Source: Tubiluchus corallicola
Lineage: Eukaryota; Animalia; Priapulida
Assembly: GCA_030141605.1 (NCBI GenBank)
Contig: JAQGDQ010000012.1
Coordinates: forward strand, 1,444,359 to 1,508,358
Length of the DNA: 64,000 nucleotides
Reading direction: 5' to 3'
Program-made: the position numbers and the translations under genes
Shown: positions 42,455 through 56,707 of the stretch, in pieces
How positions within the stretch are numbered: position 1 is the stretch's first letter
Layout of the letters: each line of letters opens with the position of its first letter
The notes under the pieces: model-generated
What the model was told of the DNA's origin: nothing
Database searches by the model: none
The model's input: the letters and a program-made list of their open reading frames with translations, nothing else

Positions 42455-42635
42455 TCATAAACTGCAACCGCCGCGGCAGTCAGAGTGGGTTATATTCCCA
42501 TGCGCCAGAGACACTGCTTCAGAGAAACTCGATTTTACTGCTAAGTCATAAAACAATGTCAGCGGGCGTGGCATAGTTGCCGTTTTCTCTGATCTTGCCG
42601 ATATTCGTACACACTGCGCATGCTGATTGGCTGTG
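42455..42635 (-). promoter_or_regulatory. Candidate Cdx core promoter
   Basis: On the minus strand: CCAAT (42630-42626), GC-box (plus GGGCGTGGC, ~42564-42572), Cdx-type site GTCATAAA (42545-42552), and TATAA at 42494, 31 nt upstream of an Inr-like GCAGTT (A at 42463). Locally GC/CpG-rich. Confidence 0.55.
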
Positions 42636-43257
42636 GAATAACGCGTCAGCAACGTCAAAAGCCTGCCGCCGCTCAGGTACACGCCTTGCACTGAAATGTG
42701 GCATTAGACAGTTTATTTTGGAAATTTTAATATTTTTATGAAGTGAATGGAAGAAAAATTTCTTATCTAAGTTCCGTAATGTTATATGCCGGATATCCAT
42801 GTAACCATATGCATAAAATGATACGTGATTTTTTTACTTGTACCTATGTAACATCAAAAAGAAATTTTCCTTATTATTAATACAATAATTAAAAAAATTA
42901 ATCTTCTAAAGAATTATACTAGGTATAACGTAATTTAAACCAAACGCAGTAAAGCAATAATTGACCTTTGCTAATAAAATACAAATTTGATTTAAGAAAC
43001 ACCAGCTATCGCTACTGAAAGCGGAATTTATTTGTTTACTAGTTGCTCAAATAAACGTAGTTTACAGACACAAAAGCGAACAAATACGGAACAACAGTAG
43101 TCTATAAGGCAATAATTCGTATTTCAAAATTGGTAAATAGTGATTATTCGGCTATTAAAACGTACAAACTATTTACAGCGCAATATAAATCAGGATTAAG
43201 AATAGAACTAACTCATATGCAGGCGTTATCTTGCTTGCAGAAAAAAAGATAAAACCT

Positions 43258-43260
<3 letters not shown>

Positions 43261-43300
<40 letters not shown>
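43261..43300. repeat. (AT)n microsatellite
   Basis: Direct read. Confidence 0.95.
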
Positions 43301-43303
<3 letters not shown>

Positions 43304-45229
43304 TATTGATATAGGCAAAAAACTAGGCAATGGCTACAGCTTCACTCCAGAGCTTCAAAGCAAAATAGATTGGTAACTGTTAGAAAAATTGTTTGTCTTT
43401 TTAAGAAAGAGTTTCTAACGCAAAAGCACCCGGATACACACGGGGCAGACAGATACAGGACAAGGCCAACCTTTTTTCAATCAGAATTTAGTGTAAAGCC
43501 TCATTCAGTGGAAAAATCTATGACCAGTCCAGGTCATGACTTTTCTTTATTATAAAAGTTAGGATTTTCTCGCTACCGGAAGCCGTATCAAAATACAAGA
43601 GCAAGAACACGCTTAGTTAGTATCAAGCATTTTTCATTGAGAGTTGGTAATCTCAAAACAGCTTACGCGATGGAAAATGAATTCACACCTACATAAGCGG
43701 TCTAAGTAGAGTGAATCCGACAAAATTTCAAAAAAGAGCCAAAAAGAATGCTTAAGCTAAGACTTTGTAAAATTGTAGCATAAACAGAATTTCATTTATT
43801 TTGGATTGTTGGGTCCCGAAATTATTTCTGGAAAAATCTGGATGGTTTCAATTGCCAAACAGTCCCTAGTTATTTACCTCTCTCAGGCAGTACATGTATG
43901 TATCCAAGTATGGCTAAAACGCTAATACTAGTTCCGTATTTTTTCTTAAAAGATTATACTTGATTAATTTATGAGAGATTGTGCTGCCACAACAGTGAAT
44001 ATTATCAACAATGCAATAAGTGTCATAATGTATTAAGGAGAGTAATCGTCTCTGTGCACTGCCAGTCGCCGAGTTTGCAATGTGACACAATTTCACACGC
44101 TGAGCGACATACTCAGGAGATTGGCTAAAGCTTCTTGAAAGGATTGGAAAGGTTTTCCATCCGTTATTGTGCGATTTTTTTATTAATTTATTAGCAGAAT
44201 TTGTAGCATTGCCGCCATGGCCTATAGGTACGTTCCAAGACTATACTAGTTCAGAGTGCCCCAATTGCAAATTATTTAGTGATCTAAGAAATTTGCAAAA
44301 CTAACACGCCACAAGCACTATTCAGCTAAAGCGGTCTTACGTATCGTATCCTCAAGTGTTTATTTCGCAAAAATCGCATGAACGCCCCAACAAAAACTTG
44401 AAAAAATTAGGCAAAGTGTTAAGTCTTTGCTTCTTGGTGAAGTAGAAAAGCGAAAAACTTAATAATTCGCAGAACTGCTACTTGCAGTACATGATTCGCA
44501 AAACTGTTATTTATTTCATGCGTGTACCTACAATTGCATTTGGCAGAATGTAGGCCTAACTAACATTTTAATCTTCTGATTTATTTTACATAGATATATT
44601 AGCACAGTGGACCGTGTTTAAATAAAAGTAAAAAAGTAAATTAACAAGTAAGTTTTTTTTATTTTTATCAAAGTTGAAGAAACATGATGTAGAAACGAAA
44701 TCACCAAGGATATATAAATGTGTCTGCTGGCATTTATTATGACCATCACAAGTGATCACTTTTAATCCAAATTTTAAAAGAAAACAAAACACGTAAAACA
44801 AACGCACAAAACAAAAAATGTACATTTTTTTATTACTTTACAAAAAATCAAAGTCTTCACACAAATCACTTCACAAAAATGTTGACTTAATGTGTGTATC
44901 TTGTTTTTTGACGACTGGGGATAGTCGAAAAGTAATAAATGCCCATAAGCGTGTTTATCACATTGTTGGTGATTTTGATTTTATTAAAACTAAGAATCCC
45001 GCTTAGCAAGAGTTTGTTTTCAAGCATGATGCATGTGTAATTTCATTTCAAATTTAAGGCTATGAATCAGCAAAAATAAACAGTAGCAATTAATCGAAAA
45101 CGTAATTACGGACGCAAGAAAAATAAGCGTTAAGAAGCTACCAATAATAAGTTAACAACTATGACATTTGTTACCAATTAACTTCATTTTTAGTCAGTAG
45201 TTTACTATGTACTTAAAATAATGACGATG

Positions 45230-45360
<131 letters not shown>

Positions 45361-47273
45361 AGCAATAATAATAACTGAATTATAATTTTGTCTTGCTTTT
45401 TATGTTAAATTTATGTTTAAAATACTTATAATAAATGTAAATAGCTAATGTGTATTGTACGTATAATATCTATAATATATATTATATTATATTATCTATA
45501 CCTATTTATAGTATTTATAATATCTATGATATTAAAAGAAATGTGAGCAATGTCACGAAAATATCGCTTATTTTCGTGGGGTTATTTGTGATCACCACCA
45601 TTTTACTTCTCCCGCAGCATAACATAATTTTGAGACCTTTTATATGAAAGTCTTCAAAAATCCAGTTTTGTATATGGGATTTTTTTACTCATTTGTTTTG
45701 TTCTCGATAACAAATTATTATTCGTCTTATTAATTGATTTAATTTATTCATTAATAAATTGATTAACTTAGTTAAAGAAACTAAATTGACTTTTAGAGAG
45801 CGTATACTGTAGTCACGCGAAGACTATGCTGAGTATGTTCAGTTTATACCAAATTTACATTTTAACATTTTCAACACTTGTGCAAATACGAGTAAATGAA
45901 AGTATTTTGTTTAAAGGTTATCATACTTTAACTAGGCCCAAATTTATAACACTTTTAATTAAATTGCATTTATCCGAACCACTTTTCTCATTTTTTACAC
46001 CGAGATGGCTGACGTAAGTAATAACCACGGAAGACTTGCCACCTCAATATGTACCAAGTAAACTCAATCTACCTTATCAAGCCTAAAACCTAATAAAATT
46101 GGCTAGGGTGTCTGTAGCAGTGTTTGCGCGAGTAAACAGCCAAATGATGCGTTTATGAGCATGAAATCAGCAGGGAATATGATAAAACTTGTGTACACAC
46201 AGACTTGGGCATATGAAAAATCTGGTGCAAACTATTTGAAATGAAGGTTTTTAAATCGGCATGGATATGAATACTGTGCTATATATTGCGATAACTATGA
46301 ATTTTCAATTTTAACACGGTAGCTTTTGAGCTCCACGATTCCTGATGGTTCACGAACACAATATTGGCTTCCAAAACAGGAAGACAGGATTATTTTTCAT
46401 ATACTACCCCATTTTCAAGTAGGGTAAAAAGTATACATTTTAACACAATTAATACTGCAAAAGCGTTTCTGATGATTAAATAATAGATTAAAAACTTAAT
46501 TAATGGCATCGAGCCCAACTATTGATGACATCACAAACTGACTAACTCTATAGAGGTCACTGGTTGTACTAAAACTAGGCAAGCTTTACGATAAAAATTC
46601 AAATTTCAAATTTACCGCTGTGCTTACGCGTGAGCTGTCGAACTGAGAGGTACAACACCTATTTTTGTGCAATGCTTTCCGAAATGCATGCGCTAGTGCC
46701 CGTCTAACTAGCGAATGGCGAAATGCATGTAACAGCGAAGAGCTAGTGGCGCGAACGTGAAACTGTGTTTGTGTGGTAATAATTCTAAGTCAATCTGGAA
46801 AAAATAGCATGTTTCCTTTCAATATTTTAAAGAGTAGATTGTTTCGACCTACAGTTTAAAAACATTGGGTCCGGTTTTGCTTTAAGCGGGAGTTCGCAAA
46901 ACAGACAAAAGAAAAAGTAAACAAGTATAAAATCAGTAGATAAAAAATACAAAGGTAAAATACAATAGCCAAAAAATCAAGGTAAATACATCAAAAGTAA
47001 AAAAAAAACTTAACAAAGGCAATGGTTAAAAAGAAAAATGACCACATAAGTAACCGAAACGACAAAAACTGAAATGAAGAGATAAGTAAAAAAGGAAAGA
47101 GACAAAAGTATTAGAGTATAAATTTATTTTAAAAAGACCTTTATTGAATAGGTGTCGGTGTAGAACGTGTAGTTCGGCGTTCCATTATTCCGGTCTCATA
47201 CACCGCGCGTCGTCCACTGATTGATATAGCACGACTAGCGTAGAAAATTCAGCGTAAGGTAAAGAGCGCGCGC

Positions 47274-47276
<3 letters not shown>

Positions 47277-47354
<78 letters not shown>
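47277..47354. repeat. (AG)n microsatellite
   Basis: Direct read. Confidence 0.97.
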
Positions 47355-47356
<2 letters not shown>

Positions 47357-50300
47357 TTGATTTTATTTGCTTAATTTCTTTATTTCAAACTTTCGTTCAC
47401 ATTAATACAATATTAAATGTATATAAGATAAAAATTCAGGAAAATACACAATACAGGCACACACAAGAGAGCAACGGACACTAACTTTATAATTGCATGT
47501 TGCTTAGGTAAGAGATATAAATAAAAAGCTAACTGTGGGACCCAAAGGTGAAACATGAACTAAAATAGAAAAAACAACAAAAGGGCGGAAAAAAGAATAA
47601 AGTTGTAAAGATCAATGGAAAAATGACACAAATTTAAAAAATGTTTTAGTAACTTCTGCAGAGTGAACGAATTTTTCGAAACTGCTCTATTGTTATCTGT
47701 TTCACTATTTTAACGTTCTAGCGCCGTGGTATAGTGAAAAAATTCTTCAGTCACATAATTTTGCTGAAACCTTAGTTCATTTAGAACTAGACTGGTCTGA
47801 AAATCACTATATGGTCTGTAACAATGGTCTTTGACTTATTGACGTAACCAAGTAGCAGTTATAATGTAAATAAAGAATCTGTAAAACTTCGTTATTTGAC
47901 AACTGTGATTCTATTCAAGGTCATGTGTGGTCAGATACTATAATAATAGCTCTGTATAGACTCTTGCCTGAATTTCTGACCCCTAGACCACGACTAGTTC
48001 TACCTCTCTGCAACCATCAACTGCTCAATGCAGTTATGATTTCATTGCTTTAAACATGCGGGATGAGATATAAAACAATGTTAGCCCTCTTTTTTCCATT
48101 CACCTAGATAGATGTGGGCAGTTGCCCGACTCCACTGATAAACCAAGGTCGCACATTTCCACTTCTAATTTTCATATGGTGAAATAAAGCTGTTTTTTCC
48201 AGCATTTCTGACTTCTGTATAAATATAATAAATGTTGATTTATTACCTGGCGGAGCCAAGAAATGAAAATATTTGGCTGACAAACTTATTCACAGTAAAC
48301 ACACTCGAGATACTTGAAAATATATTACTCCTTTTATAGTGGTAATAATACTAGATCCATATCTAACTGAAAACTGATAAAGCTGATGGAAACAACACGT
48401 AGATGCTTATACACACCATGGCACTCACGTATACCATACATACACACCTACATTTATGCTGGCATATAAATAAATAATAACTGAAAGGTGTTATTGTTGT
48501 ATAAAATGCTTAAAATTGAAATATAGGGGAAATATACCCTGTATGGTTTTATACGCGGCCACAAATAATTCCGTTTATAATGTCTTGTTGTATACTGAGG
48601 AAACACGACGTAATTACTACTCAAATGTTGTGTTTTGGTGAAATATTGCATATTGTAAACTATAGTTTATAAACTATTTTATACGCCGTGGATGCATAAA
48701 ATAGTACACAGCTATCATTATAGTTTAAACTGTAAAATATATGAAACAACATGAAATGCAGAAAATTGGATGACCTCTTACATTTGGAAGCAAAGATAAG
48801 TATGGTAGGCCTATCTTTGCTGTGCTTATTAAAAATAAAGCCTCAAATAGAAAACTAAAAATATGGAGGCTGTACTCATCAGATTGACTTAGTACATAAA
48901 TAATCTGTAGTATAAAATCATTTTATTTGTTATAAATAAAAGCAATACGTACATTCCAGAATGGGGCTTTTAGACCAAAAGCAGGAATTACAAAAACAGT
49001 TGTACACCGTGACACACAAATAAAATATGTAATCTGACAAAATCTGGGTAAAACACTGTTTTATAACTTGATTATTACTTCTTATACCAGAGATCGAAAC
49101 TTTTTTGACTGTCATGCTTAGTAGCACAATTACAAAATATAGCACGTTGTATTTTAAAGAAGATTTGCAAAATTTGCAGAGCGGTGAACAAGAAGCCATC
49201 CAGACAACAGTGTCGGGGACACGAAAAATGTGATACAAAAAAAACTATTTTCGTAACCTGTCTATATAAGAAATGTATGTAATTTATAAGAAAAGGTTAC
49301 TTGTTGTCAAGTTCAATGCTCATTAGTTCAGAATGTTTGATCAGTTTGAATAGTACAGCAGAAAAATTTGCTGAGTTAAGAATTGCGAGCAATGAAAAAA
49401 ACGAGCGTGCTAGACTCGAACGTTAAGATGTGAATCAGATTGATTATTATGCTCAAAGTTTCAAACCAAATCATAATTAAAACAACTAAATTGAAATTAA
49501 GAAACCTTCGAAAAATAATAATTTAGTTTGGCCTGAAACTCGGCATTCACATTCGCAGCTCCCATGCAGGCGTACGCAATTTTTAGGGTCTTCTAAACCT
49601 TCTTCTTTAAGGTCTTTACCATACGCAATTTTGAAGGATCCACACTTTCAGTGCTGGGAATGGCGCATGCTCAACGCGATCTCCGCCCGTAGATTCTAAT
49701 AAACTCATAAAAGTTATGATTTGGCGTAATACATAGCTCAGTGGCGTCGTCTCGTCATGTGCTCCTTCATATCGTGTAGGACGAACAAATTCTTTCGTTT
49801 GCTTTCGTCCAATACCTATGCGAGTTTAATCTACCCCGCCCTCTAGCGGGCTGCACGCAAACTCTTGTCGGGCCTTTGTCGGCGAATTTACAACACTTCA
49901 GCTGCTACTTCAGCTAAATTAGCGGCGAGTAATAAACAAATGGCTGCCGTCCAGCGACGAAATGAACACCGGAAGTGCAGATAGCCGGACTGTCAGCCAG
50001 TTCCGATGTCTCACACCCGAGATTGAATAGACTGAAACCGCACGTGCGCGGTTTCCTGAATTTACTACTGTGCAACGATTTCTGTAATTTTCAATCTAAC
50101 ATAATTGGATGGCTTCAACTATGACAATAGCTTGTAGCTGTAGGCCTAAATTTATAATTGCCGAAAGTTTGGAAACGCTCATAAATTAGTTGTCATTTTC
50201 GTAGTGCAAAATTTTTCAAAAAATACGGATCTCGTTTGCCTTCAATTTAAATGAATTAAATGTATTGACACTCACGGAGAATTATTGAGTGAAATAATTT

Positions 50301-50504
50301 TGAACACATTTCAATAGAATAACAGCTTCAATGTTAAAAGATGTTATTGCCTCATGCAACAACTGTTTAGGCAAAACATTGTTTTCCTGCGTAATGATAA
50401 TCTTATTGTTTTTAATACCTAAAAATTATTGAATATTTCACACATTTCACCGCCTTCCCTCAAAGTTTTGGTGTTTATGCAGCTACAGGCACACAGCTTA
50501 CAGG

Positions 50505-50850
50505 GGTTTTGGACCAGAGATTTTCGACAGAAACGTTTTGGACATATGGGTTATTTGGATGCAAAACGATTTTGGACACAGAACATTTTGGATACGTAGG
50601 TTATGTTGACACAGGCCGTTTGGACACATTGGGTATTTAGACACTATGGGTTTTGGACACATAGGTCATTTAGACACTAGGTATTTTGGACATATAGGAC
50701 ATATGGACACAAAGTGATTTGGACACATAGGTTATTTAGACACTAGTCTTAAGCTGATTTAGACACTAGTCTTAAGCTGTTTAGACACTGAGGTTTTTTG
50801 AAATATAAGACATTTGGACACTAGTGTTTTGCACACAGGACATTTAGAAA
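50505..50850. repeat. Degenerate ~18-20-bp tandem array built on TTT(G/A)GACAC
   Basis: More than 15 copies of tttggacac/tttagacac with short related spacers, including a duplicated tttagacactagtcttaagctg. Confidence 0.85.
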
Positions 50851-52607
50851 CGTAGAAATTCACTCTTTAGATGCAAAAGGTATCATTTGGATTCAATCGG
50901 GAAATCGTATCAATTAGCAACATTGGTTATTTAGTTATGCCCTGTTCTTGGAGATGGTTCAGTTTAAAGGTCCTATGTCACTATTTTTTATGTTATATTC
51001 TTTTATAGCGCAGGCGGAATTACATAAGTCTTAATTTATAGAATAGTTTTGATGCATACTTTTATGTGATTTGGTAATTTAAATTAAGTGCTGTTGGTAT
51101 TGCTATAGTAAGTGCTAAATTAAGTGCTATATTATCACCGGCATATACCTCAAGAATTACACGCCAACCCTAAACCAGTTATTATTTACAACGACATTTT
51201 TCATGAACTCATATCGGATCACCCATCTAGTGGCATTCGCTTCAAATTGTTGCACAACTACATAAAGTCTACTAAGCGTTTTACTAATTCAATGTATATT
51301 GATATGTACAATGAATTGTAACCAGAGTATTTTGAATTTTGTACTTTTGAATTAAACACCAGTTACTGAGCAATCATACTTTTGTACAACTTGTATATTT
51401 CAATTTTAAGTACGATTAACTAATGAATTACTTGTTTTTGAACTAACTATCTATGTAACTATACTCTTGATAACCAGCTGTATATACCTGTTCTCAACTA
51501 AAATGCATTTGTTGTACAGCGGGAAAAATTCTGGTCAGTAATATTACCGCAAGTCGATCCACTTAAAATAAATAAAGTTTATATATATAAAAAACCATAG
51601 ATCAAACAAATGATACATTATTTACAGTATTTTGAAAGATTCTTTTTCTCACCATCTCAAATCCAACGCCTCCACCATTAACCATTAACTGCAGTCTGCA
51701 AGTCAAAAAGTGCTGAAATATTAAGGGGTTTCATAGTATGCGGATATGCGGAAGCACTGACGGTAACTGCGGCAGGTGCGATCGACAGGGTACGGCGAGA
51801 TTTCTTGCAGCCAGTAACTTTTCACGCTGAACAGAAAAATATCTCTTACTAAAAACAAGGACCTACTAGAATGTAAACCTAGCAATACAGTGATGATGAT
51901 GGTAAAACCACTGCATTAAATATTTAAAAAATGCATTCAATAAGGAGGGGAGAGCAATTAACACTAGCGCAGACTAGTGGTCACTGAATCCAATCCAAGA
52001 CAATACACAAAGACATTTCACTAAAAACATTGTAATATTTGGACATGTAGATTATTCCGAAGACAGGTGTATTATTCATAACAAAATTATTTGAAAGACA
52101 CTAATATTAAAATGTGTCATAAAATTAGGTTATATTCATATTGAAAACGCTGTAAGTGCCCAATGATCATTTTACTATGGATTTGAATATCAAATCAAAA
52201 TAGAGAAACTATAGAGGAATACTTGACACATTATGAGTTACCTAAAACAATACGTTGGTGTTTGTGTATAGATTTATAGGGCTGCTTAAAAAGGGTTCGG
52301 TGGTGGCGCGATCACCCTTGTTCCGGCATCCTTAGACGAGTCTTTCGTACAAGCTGACACTATAGCGACTTCTGAAATATTACTGCTGAAAATTTCATAT
52401 TTAGTTGTACAGTTTTAAGCCAGCTTTAACAGCTACGCTTCAGTTTAGTTTCATTATCTCGAATGAGTCACCCCGCGGCACTACCTGATCCTCCACCGAT
52501 ATTAGTGAGACACTGTAACCACTTTTGCCCATGTTAGAAACATTTAATGAGCAAATTTTGACGTTTTACATATACAGTATATTCGTTTATTACATGTGTG
52601 ATATATA

Positions 52608-52611
<4 letters not shown>

Positions 52612-52667
<56 letters not shown>

Positions 52668-52741
52668 ATTATATATCTCACATACATATTATGACACATC
52701 ATTGCATATGTATATATAAAGTGTCATACGTATACTACTAA

Positions 52742-52772
<31 letters not shown>
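52612..52772. repeat. Two (AT)n microsatellites
   Basis: Direct read (52612-52664 and 52745-52772). Confidence 0.9.
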
Positions 52773-53099
52773 TTCTGAAACATAAAGCTCATTTTTGCAC
52801 ATACACAACGTTAACACATCAATGGGTAAATGCTATAATTTTATGTTCAATCCAGTTAATCCATCAAAACCAATGCAAACCTTAGAAAACGAGAAAAACA
52901 GTTCAAGATATCTCTCATTTCACATTTGTTTTTTGTAGGGCGATTTTGTGATAATGGTACATGGATTATAGATTGTACGATTATAGATTATAGATAGATT
53001 TATAGATTATAGAAAGTAGATCGTTGCAATTACTGTCTCTCACCTCTAACTTCCTAATAGTACTATTGTAGGTAGAGTTAGGTAAATAAGACGCGAAGC

Positions 53100-53610
53100 T
53101 TGTATTCCAACTAAATCCGCTATTAAACATTCCAACTAGTAAAGCGCAGTCGAACACATTTTCCTTCACCTAGTAAGGGAAATGTTGATTCTTCTCTACA
53201 AAGGCAAAAAGCTTTATGAACTGCTGATTTTTTCTTTCATGTGTTCTCTACCAGTATTTATTTTCCCAATCCTCGATCATCATAGCCCCAAGGTAGACGT
53301 ACTTTTCTGCCTGGGTACAACCATGTTCTCATCAGTAACCATAAACTGAGAACTGAGTTTACTAGCGTTCACATTTCGAATTTTTTTGTAGAATGATGAC
53401 GCAGTTTTGAAGTTTAGCTGTGCCTGTGACCTACGTTAGCATTTGTTCATCATACCTTCTTTGCTTTTACAATCCTCACTTTTCCTGTAGGGCTTGCTCA
53501 AAGTTTTATTCTTTGTGTTGAAGAGCCGATGGTCATAGGTTTTGCATTTGCTATGGATGATGCTGATTCCTCTGTAATTTGCGATTTATCTCCTAGCTGC
53601 AGAACACAAA
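53100..53610 (-). mobile_element. Highly decayed RTE-like LINE reverse transcriptase fragment
   Basis: Minus-strand remnants GDKS..NYRGISII..KTY..RLFN and QAEKYVYLGAM, resembling the NYRGISLL and FKYLGS RT motifs, broken by stops and frameshifts. Confidence 0.5.
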
Positions 53611-54270
53611 CTGACAACGTGCTGTTTTTCTTCAGGTCGACGAATGATGTCACTGGTGGAAAAATGGGCGTTCAAAATAGAAACACCCAAGCATGAAATG
53701 AAAGTTATTGCTTGTCACACTTTTATTAGTAAATCTTTCTAACATCTTTCCTGTTGTTAATAGTATTGAACAATTGTTAAGAGTACTGAAATAAGCCTAA
53801 CTTCCCTGAACGCTTGTTTTTAATATGCTGGAAAACAGCATTGTCAGCTGACAATAATGATCATGTTTACAATATTTCTAGCAAAATAACTGTAAGTCAT
53901 TTAATGTCTAAAATTAACAAGCTAAAATGCCACCTAACGTACTTTGTGCATGAACATACATTGCAACTCAACACGAATTGTACTGCGTAATTTTTGTTTA
54001 AATTATTGCTATGCAAGTTTCAAAATCCTTTACCTGCTTGTTTTGAATTAACCTCGCTTAACAATTTTCCACAAGAACAGTTTAATTTTGGCACATTATA
54101 CAAAATTGTTTATTGCACGAATTATACACTACTTAAAACTACATAATTATAAAATCAGCAGTGCAAAATAAATGTACAACAATGGGTTTTGATTCAAAGA
54201 TTTTACATGACAACCATATAAGGAGATAAAGTTTAAAAGAATGATGTTAATGTACTAGTAACTGTGATGT

Positions 54271-54336
54271 CAACATGAACTTGACGTAAAAAATTAGCTA
54301 AGGCAACATGAACTTAACGTAAAAAATTAGCTAAGG
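54271..54336. repeat. 33-bp tandem duplication in the presumed DCP2 3' UTR
   Basis: caacatgaacttracgtaaaaaattagctaagg x2. Confidence 0.9.
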
Positions 54337-54839
54337 CATCTCTTACAAAGCCAAAACTGTCGCAGACAAACTACTAAAATGGCAATGGTCTGTCAAACAA
54401 CAATGAGTCTAGACTAAGGTATTCACAGACTGAATGAAACAAAACATCTTCGTGGCTGTAGGATACTCCGAAGTATATACGAGTTTATATTTAATTTTAA
54501 TGACTCAAATCTGCAAGTTCTTCATCCATATCGTAATTAACAAATATCAACAAATGAAATAAATAAACAGCTTAGACAGCCTCAATATGGTACAATATAT
54601 TTTCATCAAATGTCTGGATGCACAATATAGGAAGACTGCACGATTATATACATAATCTTGATCACCTTTAAGTTTTCATCAACTGAAGAAGGCTTTACGA
54701 AGCATTTTGATATAAAACGTAACATACTATATAAAAGCTATTGATACACTCATTTATTTTATGTTCATATTTATTGACTCTATTTTTGAAAATGTTCCAG
54801 CTATCTGTCTCTACACATCATAAAAACATGGTTGTAGTT

Positions 54840-55955
54840 TCACTCAAAACATGCCAATATTTTCTTCCTATCAAAGCAAAAGTTATCCCACGCTGCTGAA
54901 CCAAAATCTGGATCTTGACCGCACACCTTTTTAAATGGACATTTTTCGCTGGGACTTTTGAACTCACTCAACAGTGACTTCCGTGCTGCGTCGTTCTGTT
55001 CTGGTGGATTATTACTTCTGCTCAATATTTGTATATTATGCTGATTTTTGCTGATGTTCTGATTGCTTACAAAGTATGACTTGTAGCCACTGTTCAACAT
55101 AGACTCTTTCCCAGTCTGCTTTTGGTTTTTATAGTTACTAGGAGATGCCGAACTTCCTCTAAGTGGTTTCACTGGGAGATACTCGCTGAGTTCATTCTGA
55201 TTCTGCTGCTGGAAATATTGCTGCATCCTTTCTTTTTGCTTCTTCCTGTCAGCTTCGTCCATCGAGCGACTTCCTTGCCTTATTTTCGGCTTTCCCTTTG
55301 CAGAGCCACTAAGCTCATCCTCAGCTGAATTGCCCAAATACCTGGCCACCCATTTGCGCAAATTCTTCACAAATGGTATTACTGTGAAGAAACTATTTGC
55401 ATTCAGTCCCAAATTGTTCTTAGGCGTCTGGTCTTTTTTATGAACAGGGAGATCATTTAATGCAAACCACTCTAAGCTCTTTATCTCCTGCCGAGTCTTT
55501 GGCTTAAACTCAGTGTCCTTTGGCACCCCAGGAATTATATATAACCTAATTAACTGTTCGTTTAAATGATGTTCAAGGAAATCATTTTCATTAATCAATT
55601 CACTGATATCAAATCCAGTTTCTTCCTTGACTTCCCGAATAGCACAATTTGTTGGAGCTTCTTCTTCATTAACTTTGCCTTTAGGAAAGCCCCAGCTAAC
55701 CTTTGCCCAATAACCTTGTACAAGGAGACAATATTCCAAAGTCTTGTCAAGTAAAATAGCTCCGTAAGTGGGTACCGACATCTTGTAACCCTTCCACTCT
55801 TCCAAGATATCTTCCACTGATCGCTCTTCTTCTTTTTCTATCAGAAATGGACAAGCTTTGAACACCTGCCGTGCAAATTGCTTCATACCAACAGGCTGCA
55901 AATTTTCATACTCTTGTAAACAATGGTCAAGGTAAAACCAGTGAGCCAACTCAAT
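54840..55955 (-). CDS. DCP2: m7GpppN-mRNA hydrolase DCP2, coding exon 2
   Basis: ttttcatttcag acceptor. Contains [10 protein letters not shown] (Box A), [13 protein letters not shown], the Nudix box [22 protein letters not shown] and the C-terminal Phe-rich motif [13 protein letters not shown]. Confidence 0.97.
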   Translation of the reverse strand: MELAHWFYLDHCLQEYENLQPVGMKQFARQVFKACPFLIEKEEERSVEDILEEWKGYKMSVPTYGAILLDKTLEYCLLVQGYWAKVSWGFPKGKVNEEEAPTNCAIREVKEETGFDISELINENDFLEHHLNEQLIRLYIIPGVPKDTEFKPKTRQEIKSLEWFALNDLPVHKKDQTPKNNLGLNANSFFTVIPFVKNLRKWVARYLGNSAEDELSGSAKGKPKIRQGSRSMDEADRKKQKERMQQYFQQQNQNELSEYLPVKPLRGSSASPSNYKNQKQTGKESMLNSGYKSYFVSNQNISKNQHNIQILSRSNNPPEQNDAARKSLLSEFKSPSEKCPFKKVCGQDPDFGSAAWDNFCFDRKKILACFE

Positions 55956-56341
55956 CTGAAATGAAAATTAAATAATAATCAATTTTCTATTAAATATAGT
56001 TCAATAACCAAATGTGGGCAAGTGTATCCCGAAAGTCATTCCTGCATACAATCATCACCACTGACATGTATTTGACAGGTTCTGCCAAAAAGACCTCAGT
56101 CGTCACTATAGAAGTTAATAATTTATAAATAGAAAAGTCAATTTTGTGAGAAAATTGTTAGGCTACAACAGTTCCAATTACCCGACACACCTAGGAAACC
56201 CCATAGCATCACCATGGCAATCTGTGGCACTTTTTGTGTTTCACTTAACACACAGAAATAGAACATCTTAAAAAGAGTTTAAGCAGTCACAAATAACACA
56301 TAAAATATTGCATAATCCAGTTATAAAAAATACAATAGTAC

Positions 56342-56491
56342 CTGAAAGCAAACTCGAATTACGTCACTTTTTTCTTCTTTGGGAACATTTATAACAAATC
56401 GTGTGCAAAGATCCATAAGTAAATCCTCAGGAATTTGATAGCTGAGTTTAGGAGATGCAGCCACTTCCGGAAACACTGATCCCGATTCCAT
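56342..56491 (-). CDS. DCP2: DCP2 coding exon 1; joined CDS = 421 aa
   Basis: MESGSVFPEVAASPKLSYQIPEDLLMDLCTRFVINVPKEEKSDVIRVCFQ followed by a phase-0 CAG|gtact donor; matches the Dcp2 Box A start (IP..LxDLCxRFI.xP..E...IRVCFQ). Confidence 0.95.
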
Positions 56492-56707
56492 GCTGTTAAG
56501 GTTTCACAAATCGTACATAAGTGTACTATTGCAATTTTTAATATTGATATGGCAAATAAAAAATACCATTACTACAATATACTGTGTCAGTTAATTATAA
56601 AGACAATATCCTACAATATTCACAAAAAGGACAACAACCACAACATATGTAACTATCCTTCCTGGGTTCAGTACGAAGTGTTTTTAACTAAACTTCACTT
56701 TTAAAAA

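Noticed and set aside
50505-50850. CRISPR-like repeat/spacer look of the TTTGGACAC array
   Set aside because: Repeats are only ~9 bp, spacers are short and related to each other, the context is eukaryotic and there are no cas genes; it is a minisatellite or TE subterminal array.
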